From assembly GCA_028749115.1 (NCBI GenBank), contig JAQURD010000008.1, positions 1,218-65,217 on the forward strand: a DNA stretch of 64,000 nucleotides. Reading direction: 5' to 3'. This document shows, in pieces, positions 1 to 9,626 of this stretch (within the stretch, counting starts at the first letter, position 1; each line of letters begins with the position of its first letter). Under the pieces are notes generated by a model, which was not told the DNA's origin, did no database searches, and was given only the letters and a program-made list of their open reading frames with translations. The translations under genes and the position numbers were made by a program. The DNA is from Acidobacteriota bacterium (GTDB lineage Bacteria; Acidobacteriota; Aminicenantia; Aminicenantales; Saccharicenantaceae).

Positions 1-173
1 TAGCCATTACTGGCAAATTCATCGCCATAGGGCTTGAGCTTCGGAAAAGGATTGTGACAGACCTTACAGCTGATGCTGTATTTGCGGGCAAAAGCAGGTA
101 TTGACCAGGCTTCGATGGCAAGAATAAAAACTGAAACCAGGCAGAGCAAAAACGTGCCCACAGTTTTTTTCAT
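1..173 (-). CDS. Partial (runs off window start) heme-motif outer-membrane/porin-like protein, ExtI-like N-terminus
   Basis: Manual translation from ATG at 173 (SD GGAGG): MKKTVGTFLLCLVSVFILAIEAWSIPAFARKYSISCKVCHNPFPKLKPYGDEFASNG. Signal peptide followed by IPAFARKY-x3-CxxCH-x2-FPKL, which I recall as typical of single-heme beta-barrel proteins. Confidence 0.7.
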   Translation of the reverse strand, partial: MKKTVGTFLLCLVSVFILAIEAWSIPAFARKYSISCKVCHNPFPKLKPYGDEFASNG

Positions 174-196
174 CTTTTTCCTCCACTAAAACTTCT

Positions 197-1567
197 TCAG
201 TCAACAACGTTTATCGTAGTTTGATGCCTGTTAACCTCAATCGGCTCTGTCTCGTCGCCGGGGACGCCAAGAAAATCAGCCACCGGTTTAACCAGTCGCT
301 GATAATAAAGAGCTGCTCTGACTGTCAGCGGTCCAGCTGGAATATTATCCGGCAAAACAAAACTGCAGGTTTCAATTTTTGTTTCCTTTGGACCAATTCT
401 ATAATCAACGCCCTGACTTTTGGTGTTCCACTGCTGGATGGTCATCCTTCCTTGCGGGTCAAAATAAGGCAGACGGAAAATGCGGTCACCAACAGGGACA
501 CCATCTCGCTGCACACCTTTAAAATTTGGATCATTGAGAGCTATACCCATATCCTGATAGGCCAGAGTGTCGGCAGCAATGGTGTATTCTTCCCCTTCAA
601 ATCCTTTCTTATCTACAGGGAGATGATAAACATTACCTCTGGCATCAACTGCCTCAACATGAAGCCAGACAATCCTGTCCTCAACTGAACCAGTTGGAAA
701 CTTGTGCCCGGTCTTCTGATTAAAAAGGACAACAGTGAATTTGACCTTGTCTCCGGGTACCGCCTCACTGACATCAGGATGGACTCTGAGCTCAATGGTT
801 CCCCGAATTTTGCCTGGATCATGGGCTCCATGAAAAAGATGCTGACGGACGTCAGGATAAGAAGCCCCCATCGAAGCACTCTTGCCTGGAGCATAAGTCA
901 TATGACAATCGTGGCACTTTACCCCTTCCTGGGCATAAGGTCCAGCTTGCCACTCAAGATGGGTGGATTTAACCCAGACACCATAGGGGCTTTTTTCATT
1001 ATGACAGGTTCCACAAAAATCAGCCTTGGATAGAAAGTCCGACTTGACAAGATTGTGTTCAGGAGAACTATTGTTCTGACGCGGCCCAAATTTATTCTTG
1101 CCTGGCTCGGAAATCCAGTTAAAGTTAAATGGGGTATCGCCAGCCATGCCGGTTATCGTGTGGCAGACCTCGCAGGAGACTGATTCATTGGCTCTGGTGC
1201 CTTTAGCCGGGATAGCCGGAGGAATGTCGCCGGCTAAAAAGGCCAGGGGCGTGTGGCAACCATTGCAACCGGCTTTAACCCCGGCCACCACCGTATCTTT
1301 CTCCGCCTGAGGAACAGCCAGTTTGAAGTACTCAATTTCATCCCAGTGATGGGTATAGGCTTGAGACATCATGGCCTGTTTCCACTGCTGATAGATGTCA
1401 TTATGGCATTGAATACCGCAAAAGGTTGGCGTTTGATAGTCGCTGTATTTTCTTGAACCTAAAGCCTCATCTCCAGCTTTTTGTAAGCCAGAAGAAGCTA
1501 TTAAGCCGAGAGAAACAGCCAAGATGAGGGGTAAAACTACACCCAGCCATCTAGAGAGTTCTTTCAT
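197..1567 (-). CDS. Periplasmic multiheme cytochrome c (5 hemes), resembles Geobacter ExtKL-type proteins
   Basis: N-terminal signal/TM; heme motifs CGIQCH, CNGCH, CEVCH, CGTCH, CHDCH; C-terminal beta-rich domain. Confidence 0.85.
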   Translation of the reverse strand: MKELSRWLGVVLPLILAVSLGLIASSGLQKAGDEALGSRKYSDYQTPTFCGIQCHNDIYQQWKQAMMSQAYTHHWDEIEYFKLAVPQAEKDTVVAGVKAGCNGCHTPLAFLAGDIPPAIPAKGTRANESVSCEVCHTITGMAGDTPFNFNWISEPGKNKFGPRQNNSSPEHNLVKSDFLSKADFCGTCHNEKSPYGVWVKSTHLEWQAGPYAQEGVKCHDCHMTYAPGKSASMGASYPDVRQHLFHGAHDPGKIRGTIELRVHPDVSEAVPGDKVKFTVVLFNQKTGHKFPTGSVEDRIVWLHVEAVDARGNVYHLPVDKKGFEGEEYTIAADTLAYQDMGIALNDPNFKGVQRDGVPVGDRIFRLPYFDPQGRMTIQQWNTKSQGVDYRIGPKETKIETCSFVLPDNIPAGPLTVRAALYYQRLVKPVADFLGVPGDETEPIEVNRHQTTINVVD

Positions 1568-1606
1568 AAGACCCTCTTCTTTTTCTCCATTCTCTACTTA
1601 ATTTAT

Positions 1607-1635
1607 ATGTTAAGTAAAAGGAAACCCACTGTCAA
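1607..1635 (-). promoter_or_regulatory. Putative sigma70 promoter of the cytochrome operon
   Basis: Minus strand TTGACA (1635-1630), 17-nt spacer, TAACAT (1612-1607). Confidence 0.5.
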
Positions 1636-1887
1636 GTTTTAGCTAATAACACCCTCTTTGAACAGTTCTTTAATGCCTGAACTTAGCATAAGTTATTAAC
1701 CTTAATAATCCGAACGAATCGGCAACAATTCTAATGCTTTAACTTCTCTAAGCAAAAAGCTGGGTAATAAAACCGCAGGTGGGGTCTATCAAGATCATAA
1801 ATGGCAATTAAAATTATTTATCAGCTAACTTCATTTACTTGGAGACAAGGAAAATGTTAGAATAATTAGCACCAAGAGGAGGAAAAC

Positions 1888-3450
1888 ATGAAACAAGACA
1901 AAAAGAGTCTAAGTTATGGAAGTATCTTTCTGTCCGTCTTGATGGCTTTATCTTTCTGGGTAAATACAGGTTGCTCGCCGGCCAAAAAGTCAGAGGCAAT
2001 TAAGGCTAAAGAAATCTCTCTTGGCCAGCTTCATCCTGGCCTGATCAAAGAGACCATGCAGGTAAGCCCTGGCCTGAACCACTTAGCGTACGCAGCTAAA
2101 AGCGGGGAAAAGTATATCATGGTTATTGATGGACAGGAAAGTCAGGAATATGATGGTATCCATCTGCCTGACTCAATTTTCAGTTCAGACGAAAAGACAA
2201 CTGTTTACGGCGCCTGGCGTAACGATAAGATCATGGCCGTCATTAATGGCCAGGAAAGCGAGCCATATGCAAGGTTACGCCTGATACGGTTCAGTCCTGA
2301 TGGTCAGAGATTGGCCTATTGGGTAGCAACCGGAGAAAAAGAAACCGACCTTAAAGCTAACCTAATAGTTGATCGGAAAGAAGGTCCGGTCTATAGGTGG
2401 TTTGGCGAGAGCAGCCCCGGACCGTTTGGAAATGATGTAACTAAATATCGTCCGGTGTTCAGTCCCGATAGCCACCGCCTGGCCTATGTTGCCCTGATTG
2501 GCCAGCAGGAACTAATCGTAGTTGATGGGAAAGAAAGCGATAAATACGATGAGATTGTCTCTGCTCCTATCTTTAGCCCGGATAGCAAAAGAGTCGCTTA
2601 TATTTCTAGAAAGGATGGCCAGTACCGCACAGTTGTTGATGGACAGCCCGGCCAAGAATATGAAAGGATTGAAAATCTTATGTTCAGCCCTGATAGCCAG
2701 AAATTCGCCTATATTGCCTGCCGTCATGACAACCAATTAGTAGTTGTTGACGGAACTGAGCAACCTGAGTTCCGGATGATAGACAGACTGATGTTCAGCC
2801 CTGATGGAAAGCATCTGGCCTATGTGGCGGATGAAGGGCAAAATCAAGTTTTGGTGCTTGATGGCCAGAAGAGCACACCTTTTGATCTAGTTGATCATCT
2901 GGTTTTCAGCCCGGACTCACAGCATCTGGCCTATTCTGTTTTATCAGACCAGAAAACGCTGCTATATGTTGACGGCCAGGAGAAACCTAGTTATAGATTT
3001 GTAGTTTCTATTGACTTCAGTCCGGACAGCCAGAAGATCATCTATACCGGACGTGAAGGGCTGGATCAGATGGATTTATTGATCAACGGAGAAAAGGCTA
3101 AAAGTTATGAGGAAATAAGTTCCTGGGTGTTCAGCCCTGATGGCAAAAGAATGGCTTACTGGGCAAAGAGAGATGGAAAGAATTTTATAGTCGTTGATGA
3201 CCTCGAAGGGCAGGCTTATGATTATCCTTCTTATCTTTATCAGGACAAATATCAACCGGTCTTTAGCCCTGATGGGCGGCACCTGGGCTATGTGGCTTTA
3301 AAAGGCAACCAAAATTTGGTCGTGATTGATGGAAAAGAAAGCAGGCTATATGACGAAATTCTAACTCCGCTAGTCTTTGATGGCCCTGTTAATTACCATT
3401 TCCTGGCTATAGATAAAAATCAGGTCTTTCGAGTAGAGGGGAAATTATAG
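1888..3450 (+). CDS. TolB/PD40-like repeat beta-propeller protein, probable lipoprotein
   Basis: SD GAGGAGG; lipobox-like NTGC; nine FSPDxxxxxY repeats plus degenerate copies at about 38-aa period. Confidence 0.8.
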   Translation: MKQDKKSLSYGSIFLSVLMALSFWVNTGCSPAKKSEAIKAKEISLGQLHPGLIKETMQVSPGLNHLAYAAKSGEKYIMVIDGQESQEYDGIHLPDSIFSSDEKTTVYGAWRNDKIMAVINGQESEPYARLRLIRFSPDGQRLAYWVATGEKETDLKANLIVDRKEGPVYRWFGESSPGPFGNDVTKYRPVFSPDSHRLAYVALIGQQELIVVDGKESDKYDEIVSAPIFSPDSKRVAYISRKDGQYRTVVDGQPGQEYERIENLMFSPDSQKFAYIACRHDNQLVVVDGTEQPEFRMIDRLMFSPDGKHLAYVADEGQNQVLVLDGQKSTPFDLVDHLVFSPDSQHLAYSVLSDQKTLLYVDGQEKPSYRFVVSIDFSPDSQKIIYTGREGLDQMDLLINGEKAKSYEEISSWVFSPDGKRMAYWAKRDGKNFIVVDDLEGQAYDYPSYLYQDKYQPVFSPDGRHLGYVALKGNQNLVVIDGKESRLYDEILTPLVFDGPVNYHFLAIDKNQVFRVEGKL

Positions 3451-3566
3451 AAGAGAAAAGATAAAAGACAACTAGCCATAAGAAAAGAAGATGAAAGGCA
3501 GGGCGGAAAATTATCCCCGTAGTGAGTAGAAGCTATTCTTGATTAATCTAGCTCGATACCGAACAT

Positions 3567-4235
3567 TTAATAATATGTTGTCCATTTTTCATGCTCGGGC
3601 AGAAAAATCATCCATCTAAAACAAATTGCTCCAAAGGACCTGACTTCAAAAGTTTCAATTTCTTTACTGATAGGATGGTAAACACCTTCTATCATCAAGC
3701 GGGAGTTCTGGCCCAAGCTTATGCCCAGGCCGGCACTTAGCTGAAGCTCAACTAGAAATTTATCATCATTTGAAGAGTGAGCCCACTCAACCCCGGCCAG
3801 GGCAGCCAGAGTATATTTTATTTTCCCCCGGTCTGAGAAAAACCTTGGTCCGATCAAAATGGTGTATGAATTAAGACTGGCTTCCGATAATAAAACATCC
3901 CACTCGCCATGAGTTCTTCTATATTCGAGACGTAAATCAGCAGTGGTGGAGGTGGTCTTCTGTTTGGGCACCGTGAAAAAACCGAAGCCTAAAGACATAA
4001 TTTCTCCCTTATTTTGTTTTATGTCCTGGTTCAAAAAAGATTTTTGAGGAGAGTATTCACCATAAAAATAATACCAGCTGGAAGTAAAAGAAATCAGCCT
4101 GGGTGTTTTGACCTCAACTTCTACCTCCTGACTCTTAGCCGGCGTGACCAGAAAACAAATTATTAAAACTCCCATTAATAAAACAATCTGGCACCTCAGA
4201 GAAGGACAAATCGCATTCCTCAACGGATGGTTCAT
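3567..4235 (-). CDS. Hypothetical exported protein, probable small outer-membrane beta-barrel
   Basis: SD GAGGAGGAG; signal peptide; alternating hydrophobic strands rich in aromatics. Confidence 0.55.
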   Translation of the reverse strand: MNHPLRNAICPSLRCQIVLLMGVLIICFLVTPAKSQEVEVEVKTPRLISFTSSWYYFYGEYSPQKSFLNQDIKQNKGEIMSLGFGFFTVPKQKTTSTTADLRLEYRRTHGEWDVLLSEASLNSYTILIGPRFFSDRGKIKYTLAALAGVEWAHSSNDDKFLVELQLSAGLGISLGQNSRLMIEGVYHPISKEIETFEVRSFGAICFRWMIFLPEHEKWTTYY

Positions 4236-4250
4236 GCTACTCCTCCTCTT

Positions 4251-5825
4251 TTATATCTTCCCGGCAATATAAACATAGTAGTCAGGTATCGCACCAAAGT
4301 ATTCTCTTTTATAAACAAGATAGGCTTTAATCTTATATTGACCGGGAGAAAGATACTTTAAATCGCAGCCCTTTATCCCGGCCAGATGATAAAAAGGACC
4401 TGACCTGGTCATGCCACTAACTTCCAGAATCGAGCCATATTTATATTCTTTGCTAACAATGATCTCTATTTCCCTTTCTTCTGGTGGTAAAAGAGGTCCA
4501 AATTTTCCAGCATTGGCCAGCAAGTTATTTTCAGTTGTACTTGCCAGAAGATAGTCTTCAGGCTTCATCTTCTTAAACTTATCAAGTTCAGTTTGAAGAT
4601 AGGCGATTTTTTCTTTTTTGTCCTGACGTACATAGGCCTTGTACCGTTCTATTTCCATCTCTATGGCTCTGACAGTTGCTTCTATGAGTTCTTGTTTAAG
4701 TTGAGCGATTTGATTTTGCTCTAGCTCTTGCTCTGAAGAGTTGTCTTTAACTTCTACCGGGCCTTCTTTTCTAACTGAAGATATAATGAAATAAGGCTCA
4801 TTCTTAGCTAAAGGTATGATCGGATTTTTAACTGTGATGGTATAAGGCATGCTAAAACCGAAATCCATTTTTAGATCATATTCAATGACTACACCTTCAG
4901 GAAAAAGGCCTTTACAATTGTCTGGAGTCTGCTTTATGAAAGTGATCTCATAGGCAGGAACTTGCGGGTCTATTCCCTCAACTTTTTTTACCTCTGCCTT
5001 TATGCTCTTTTTTTCTGTACATCCGCCAGTGTTAATCCTGATGGACAGCCTGTTCTCCTCTGCTTTGATCCCTCTCAAAATTAATATTCCTGTCTCACCA
5101 GGCCGGAATGAATAGGCTTGTGCTGTGTCTGACTTTGATTCATCATCCAGACCTTTTGCTAACTCTCCTCCTTCTACTACCGTAAATCCTTTACTCGCCG
5201 GTTTAGCTGTCTCTGATTCTGTTACCTTTTCATGTCGATCGGTAGGTAAATAAGCCTCTGCTTTTTCTCTTACCCCAGGCGAGGCCACTTCCTGACAGGA
5301 GATCAAATTGTTCTCTCTGAGAATATAGCATTGGCTTTCTTTTTTTGACGGGCAGCAAAGTGCATCTGTCTCTTTATGAGTCAACAAATCAAGCCTGATT
5401 CTGGCCACCTTAGACCTGGACCCGGGTGGAAAGGCGGCCTTCTCTTCCGCCTGCAGTTTCTCAATTCTAACCCTGTCTCCAAGATAAATTGAATTGGTCT
5501 GAACAATGTCGCGGCCCCGCGACAGCAGAGCTGTTATCTCGTAAAATGTGCCACTGCCTCCGCTATTCTGAGCGAGGATAACCACGGCGTCCGGCTCATT
5601 ATCTCCATTCAGATCTTTAATGACAAAAGAATGCAGCCGGACATGCTCGTAGTCAGGAAAACCTTTTTCATATTCGCCGTTTTTTAAGGTGACTGTCTCT
5701 TCGCCATAAGCCAGGTGATAGCTGAAATTTTTAACCTGTTCCTCCGTTATACCCTGAGCCCCGGCCTTATTATTAGCAACTATTAAATTGCCAACTAAAA
5801 ATAAAACAACGAGAATTTTTCTCAT
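4251..5825 (-). CDS. Hypothetical exported multidomain protein
   Basis: Likely start ATG 5825 (SD GGAGG; MRKILVVLFLV signal peptide) rather than 5873; contains DLNGD and SGGSGTFY motifs and paired Cys. Confidence 0.65.
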   Translation of the reverse strand: MRKILVVLFLVGNLIVANNKAGAQGITEEQVKNFSYHLAYGEETVTLKNGEYEKGFPDYEHVRLHSFVIKDLNGDNEPDAVVILAQNSGGSGTFYEITALLSRGRDIVQTNSIYLGDRVRIEKLQAEEKAAFPPGSRSKVARIRLDLLTHKETDALCCPSKKESQCYILRENNLISCQEVASPGVREKAEAYLPTDRHEKVTESETAKPASKGFTVVEGGELAKGLDDESKSDTAQAYSFRPGETGILILRGIKAEENRLSIRINTGGCTEKKSIKAEVKKVEGIDPQVPAYEITFIKQTPDNCKGLFPEGVVIEYDLKMDFGFSMPYTITVKNPIIPLAKNEPYFIISSVRKEGPVEVKDNSSEQELEQNQIAQLKQELIEATVRAIEMEIERYKAYVRQDKKEKIAYLQTELDKFKKMKPEDYLLASTTENNLLANAGKFGPLLPPEEREIEIIVSKEYKYGSILEVSGMTRSGPFYHLAGIKGCDLKYLSPGQYKIKAYLVYKREYFGAIPDYYVYIAGKI

Positions 5826-5843
5826 CTGATCCTCCTGCCTTTT

Positions 5844-6075
5844 ATTTTTCCCACCATCTATCCATAGTCTCAAACTTTTCCAGTTCTAAAAAGATACCCC
5901 CCTTAAAAGTTAACTTATAACCGCCTGAAACATTCATCGTCTTATCATCAGGAGATATAACAACTACTACTCCCTCAATAACACATAATTTAGCATTGTC
6001 TTCGTCTTTTTTCCAATAGAGAATTTCGTTCCTTTTATGCCAAATACGGCCCCGGCGAACCTTTTCATTTGTATA
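5844..6075 (-). pseudogene. Possible degraded gene fragment
   Basis: Open frame of about 75 codons (GIIYTNEKVRRGRIWHKRNEILYWKK...MDRWWEK*) ending at the RBS of the next gene, with no start codon and several stops upstream. Confidence 0.25.
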
Positions 6076-6573
6076 AATAATTCCTTATTTACCTGATTTC
6101 TAAGTTCCTCATCTTTAAGGTATTCTCCAATTGTCTTTATATCTTATTCTTATCTTTCGTTAATTTGCTTTCTGGCTTCCTTCTTGCCTAAAATTAAGAA
6201 AATTAAGATAGATCCAAAAACAAGAGTACTTCTCTAAATCTGTGTGGAACAACATCTTTGTTTGACTTCTCACTCAGAACGGCCCGAAGAATCTGTTTAT
6301 ACCACATCTTTACCTCTGTGGCTTAAACAACAAGAGCTGGCGAAAAAACCTAATTTTGCTCCTTTTAATCGTATTATTTTCTCTCCACCTGCTTATGCCA
6401 AGTTTTCAACTACTTAATTTTCAACTTTTGCTAACAGTTTTTGGCCATATTATTACTCGCTACATCATTAAATTTTCGAGGTCTGCAACTAACATTATAA
6501 AATTAAGGGAGACTGACCTGTCTGGAGGGCTTTTTTTGTTTTTTTTCTTCTTCTTAAGCTGGTTGAAAAAGGC

Positions 6574-6847
6574 GCAGCCGTGCACCCGGTGTCGACTGCC
6601 CTTCCCCTGCGGACCTCGCTTCCTCGAAGCTCCGGTCAGGCTGGCTGCCACACAAGAACCTGGCTGCTACCGTTGCTACCTTCCGGTCCTGGCGGGTTAA
6701 CAACTGGCTCTTTGCGCAGGGCCCGAACCTTCATCACCCCTAGAAGCAAACCTGGCCAGAAAACTGACAGCCTCGGCCGGGAATTCAGCCCCACTGGAGC
6801 GGGTTGTGGGTACAGGGCACCGCTGGCTCCCCGCTTAGCACGGCTGC
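6574..6847 (-). ncRNA. ffs: Signal recognition particle RNA, large bacterial type with Alu domain (about 274 nt)
   Basis: 5' GCCGTGCTAAGCGGGGAGCCAGCGGTGCCCTGTACC closely resembles the Bacillus scRNA Alu domain; helix-8 motif AACCCGCCAGGACCGGAAGGTAGCAACGG; termini GCAGCCGTGC/GCACGGCTGC form a perfect 10-bp stem. Confidence 0.93.
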
Positions 6848-6853
6848 CTATTG

Positions 6854-6862
6854 ATTATAACA
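6854..6862 (-). promoter_or_regulatory. Extended -10 promoter of SRP RNA
   Basis: TG-T-TATAAT ending 6 nt upstream of the predicted RNA 5' end. Confidence 0.7.
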
Positions 6863-7007
6863 TAATCTGACTCAGAATATATTTTTTCAAAGGCCGGCAA
6901 GCCATAACTTTCATTATTTAAGCAAAAATTATTTCCTGATTTTTTTGTTCAATGTTTTTTATAAAACTTAACTGCCAGGCCAATTCTCTTCTTCGGTCCG
7001 TTTATCT

Positions 7008-9626
7008 CTACAAGCCCTCGGGATAAAACAAAGCATTCAAGATAAATTTGTAGGTTCCATGAGATTGGGCCCGGTGTTGAGCCCTGAAACCAATCAGAGC
7101 AATATGTCCCAGACCGCTTTTAACATCCACGACAGCTGCTTTCCGGCTAAGGTATTCTTCACCCAGTAACCAGCCACTCAGCAGGATATTATCATCTGGA
7201 TAATAAGCCACGACTTTTCTGTCCATTTTAGAAGAAGTTGGTGCCCAGGTATCAAAAGCCAAACTTTGATTGAAAAGAGCCGCTGCTTCTTCGCCCAGCC
7301 CATAGCCAAGCGGGGTGGTGTTATCAACTTTAAGCCTCAAAATCGAAACAGGACAGAAAAATTTGTTGCGGTCAACACCACCAAGCAAATTTCTAGCCGG
7401 AGCACCCAGATCATTAGTGGCCAGTTCACTGGCTTGATTGAGAGTTACCAAAATTCCACCGGCCTCAACAAAAGCCTTCAGGGCATCTACTCCTTCCTGC
7501 CCGATGCCTCCTTCGTATTCGGGCGGCATTTGACTCATAAAAAACCGGGCCGGTTGCCCTGGACGCTGAAAGCGACCGGTTTTAATAATTTCCGCATTCT
7601 CGCTGGCCAGAATAATGACATCGATGCTGGCCTTGAGATCAACTTTTTTGCCCTTTGTTCCCTTAAAATCCTGATTATGAAGGACAGTATAGGTGAAGCC
7701 TAAATCATCCAGCATATAACGCGTCCAGCCTTCATCGGCATTACCGCGCCACGATTGGTAAATAGCAAGTCTGGGAAATTTAATGGGAGCTTTATCAATA
7801 GAGGATATATCAGGAAGAGATTCAATTTTAACTGGCCACTTTTCCAAAAGCCCGGCGAGAGTCCGACTGACAGCTGAAGAATTTTGGATCAAAAAAGCTC
7901 CAGCTGGTAGCTCCGCCTGTCCCACTTTAATTCCATTTTTTGCCCGCCACATTTCAGCTTTATTTTTAAGCAGTCCAAAGGCTACAGCATAAGAGGCATT
8001 AAGCCTCGGATCGAGAACCAGGTAAGCAGAGTCAGGTAGATTAACCTTTGAATATTCAACTTCTTCCAGCTTGTCCAGGGCTACTTCAAACGGCTTATCA
8101 ATCTGGTCACAGAGAACACCCATTTGAAGTGGTAGCGTCCAGGCTGCGTTATCGTAAGGCGGAACAGGTGGGCCTCCCGGATACTGGCGCAAATCTGGAT
8201 ATTTTTGTCTCTCTAAAAGCGCCCAGGTATAAGCTTTATTGGGCTGAGCAACAAGGACGACAAAAGATCCGGCTGGATAAAACCGCCCATCAGCGATAAA
8301 ATCTCTGGTAGCCTGATGCACTTCTACCCCGCCCAGCTGCAGAATTTCAATCATCTTAAGGGTGGTTAGATAATCGGGTTGATCCTTGTTGATAACAAAG
8401 GCATAGGGTTGATTTTTGTCCTTAACCTCAATGCTCTGCTTTGACATTAAATAGGAATTATAGAGAAAATCCTCTTTGTTCAGCCAGGTCGTCTTAATCA
8501 GGCTTTTTGAGACCACCAGTTCATAATCGACTATATCACGCAGGCGCCACCAGCCGCCGGGCCAGGGATCAAGAAAATCCATTTTCTTCTCATAATAATC
8601 TTTCGAAACTTCCGTTGGCTCAATATAAATCGGAGTAGCCACACGCACCGAGGCCGCTTCGCTCAACAGGCCGACAACGTTATGCAGCCAGGAGGTATCA
8701 TCACAGGAACCAATCCACCAGCCAGTGTAACTCCGACCGTTAACCACACCTTTATAGCCATGTTTCTGCAAATCATAGGCCATATTGACGCCGCAGAGAT
8801 TGACGCTCCGCCAGAGCAAGGGCTGGATATTGGGCAGAGGGGGATCCATAAAGGGGGGAACAAAGAGGCGAGCGCCATTAGAGCCCATCTGATGTTCATC
8901 TATATGAATTTGAGGAAACCACTCATGGTAGAGCACGCGGGTGACCGCTCTGGTTTCGGCCAGATTCAGCATGAAGAAATCGCGGTTATCATCGTGGCCC
9001 GCATAATGATGGTAAAGCCAGGGCATACTGCTCCCTTCGTACTCTGTTCCGATATACTTACCATACCAATCGACAACCATCTGCTGGCCATCAGGATTGA
9101 TAGAAGGACAGAGAAGCACAATAACATCATGGAGAGCCTGATTTACATCGAAAAAGGCTTGACCGGTGATAAGATCATAAGCCAGCTCCATGGCCATTTG
9201 AGAGGCAGCTATTTCGGTCGAATGGATGTTGCAGGTAATAAGCAAAATGGCCTTGCCTTCTCGGGCCAGCTGCCGGGCCTGTTCAGGTGTTAGACCTCTG
9301 GCTTCCTTCAAGCGCCGCGCAATTTCACGGTAGCCATCGACGTTTTTTAAATTATCTTCACTGGAGATAACGGCCATGATGATGTCTCTGCCCTGGGTGG
9401 TCTTGCCAATATTAAGAACAGTGAACTGCGAAGACTGTTTGTCCAGCAATTCAAAGTAAGCCTTGATTTGATTATAGTCAGCCAGTTTCCGGTCTTCGCC
9501 CACCTTAAAACCTAGAAATTTATCAGGCGGCGTTTGAGCTAAAAGAAAATAGGGCTTAACGACGACCAGCAAAAATATAATCAAAAATAAGATTCTTATA
9601 ATGCTGCTTGAATTTTTATTAAACAT
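7008..9626 (-). CDS. M14 zinc carboxypeptidase-family secreted peptidase with C-terminal class I glutamine amidotransferase-like domain
   Basis: Signal peptide; NIHSTE (HxxE), NPDG, DDNRD and IDEHQM motifs. Confidence 0.85.
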   Translation of the reverse strand: MFNKNSSSIIRILFLIIFLLVVVKPYFLLAQTPPDKFLGFKVGEDRKLADYNQIKAYFELLDKQSSQFTVLNIGKTTQGRDIIMAVISSEDNLKNVDGYREIARRLKEARGLTPEQARQLAREGKAILLITCNIHSTEIAASQMAMELAYDLITGQAFFDVNQALHDVIVLLCPSINPDGQQMVVDWYGKYIGTEYEGSSMPWLYHHYAGHDDNRDFFMLNLAETRAVTRVLYHEWFPQIHIDEHQMGSNGARLFVPPFMDPPLPNIQPLLWRSVNLCGVNMAYDLQKHGYKGVVNGRSYTGWWIGSCDDTSWLHNVVGLLSEAASVRVATPIYIEPTEVSKDYYEKKMDFLDPWPGGWWRLRDIVDYELVVSKSLIKTTWLNKEDFLYNSYLMSKQSIEVKDKNQPYAFVINKDQPDYLTTLKMIEILQLGGVEVHQATRDFIADGRFYPAGSFVVLVAQPNKAYTWALLERQKYPDLRQYPGGPPVPPYDNAAWTLPLQMGVLCDQIDKPFEVALDKLEEVEYSKVNLPDSAYLVLDPRLNASYAVAFGLLKNKAEMWRAKNGIKVGQAELPAGAFLIQNSSAVSRTLAGLLEKWPVKIESLPDISSIDKAPIKFPRLAIYQSWRGNADEGWTRYMLDDLGFTYTVLHNQDFKGTKGKKVDLKASIDVIILASENAEIIKTGRFQRPGQPARFFMSQMPPEYEGGIGQEGVDALKAFVEAGGILVTLNQASELATNDLGAPARNLLGGVDRNKFFCPVSILRLKVDNTTPLGYGLGEEAAALFNQSLAFDTWAPTSSKMDRKVVAYYPDDNILLSGWLLGEEYLSRKAAVVDVKSGLGHIALIGFRAQHRAQSHGTYKFILNALFYPEGL

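Noticed and set aside
6508-6550. GC patch plus T-tract resembling a terminator
   Set aside because: Only a 4-bp stem (AGAC/GTCT), and the orientation is opposite to ffs.
6356-6870. ORFs 6356-6700, 6460-6651 and 6580-6870
   Set aside because: They overlap the SRP RNA; the open frames are explained by its high GC content.
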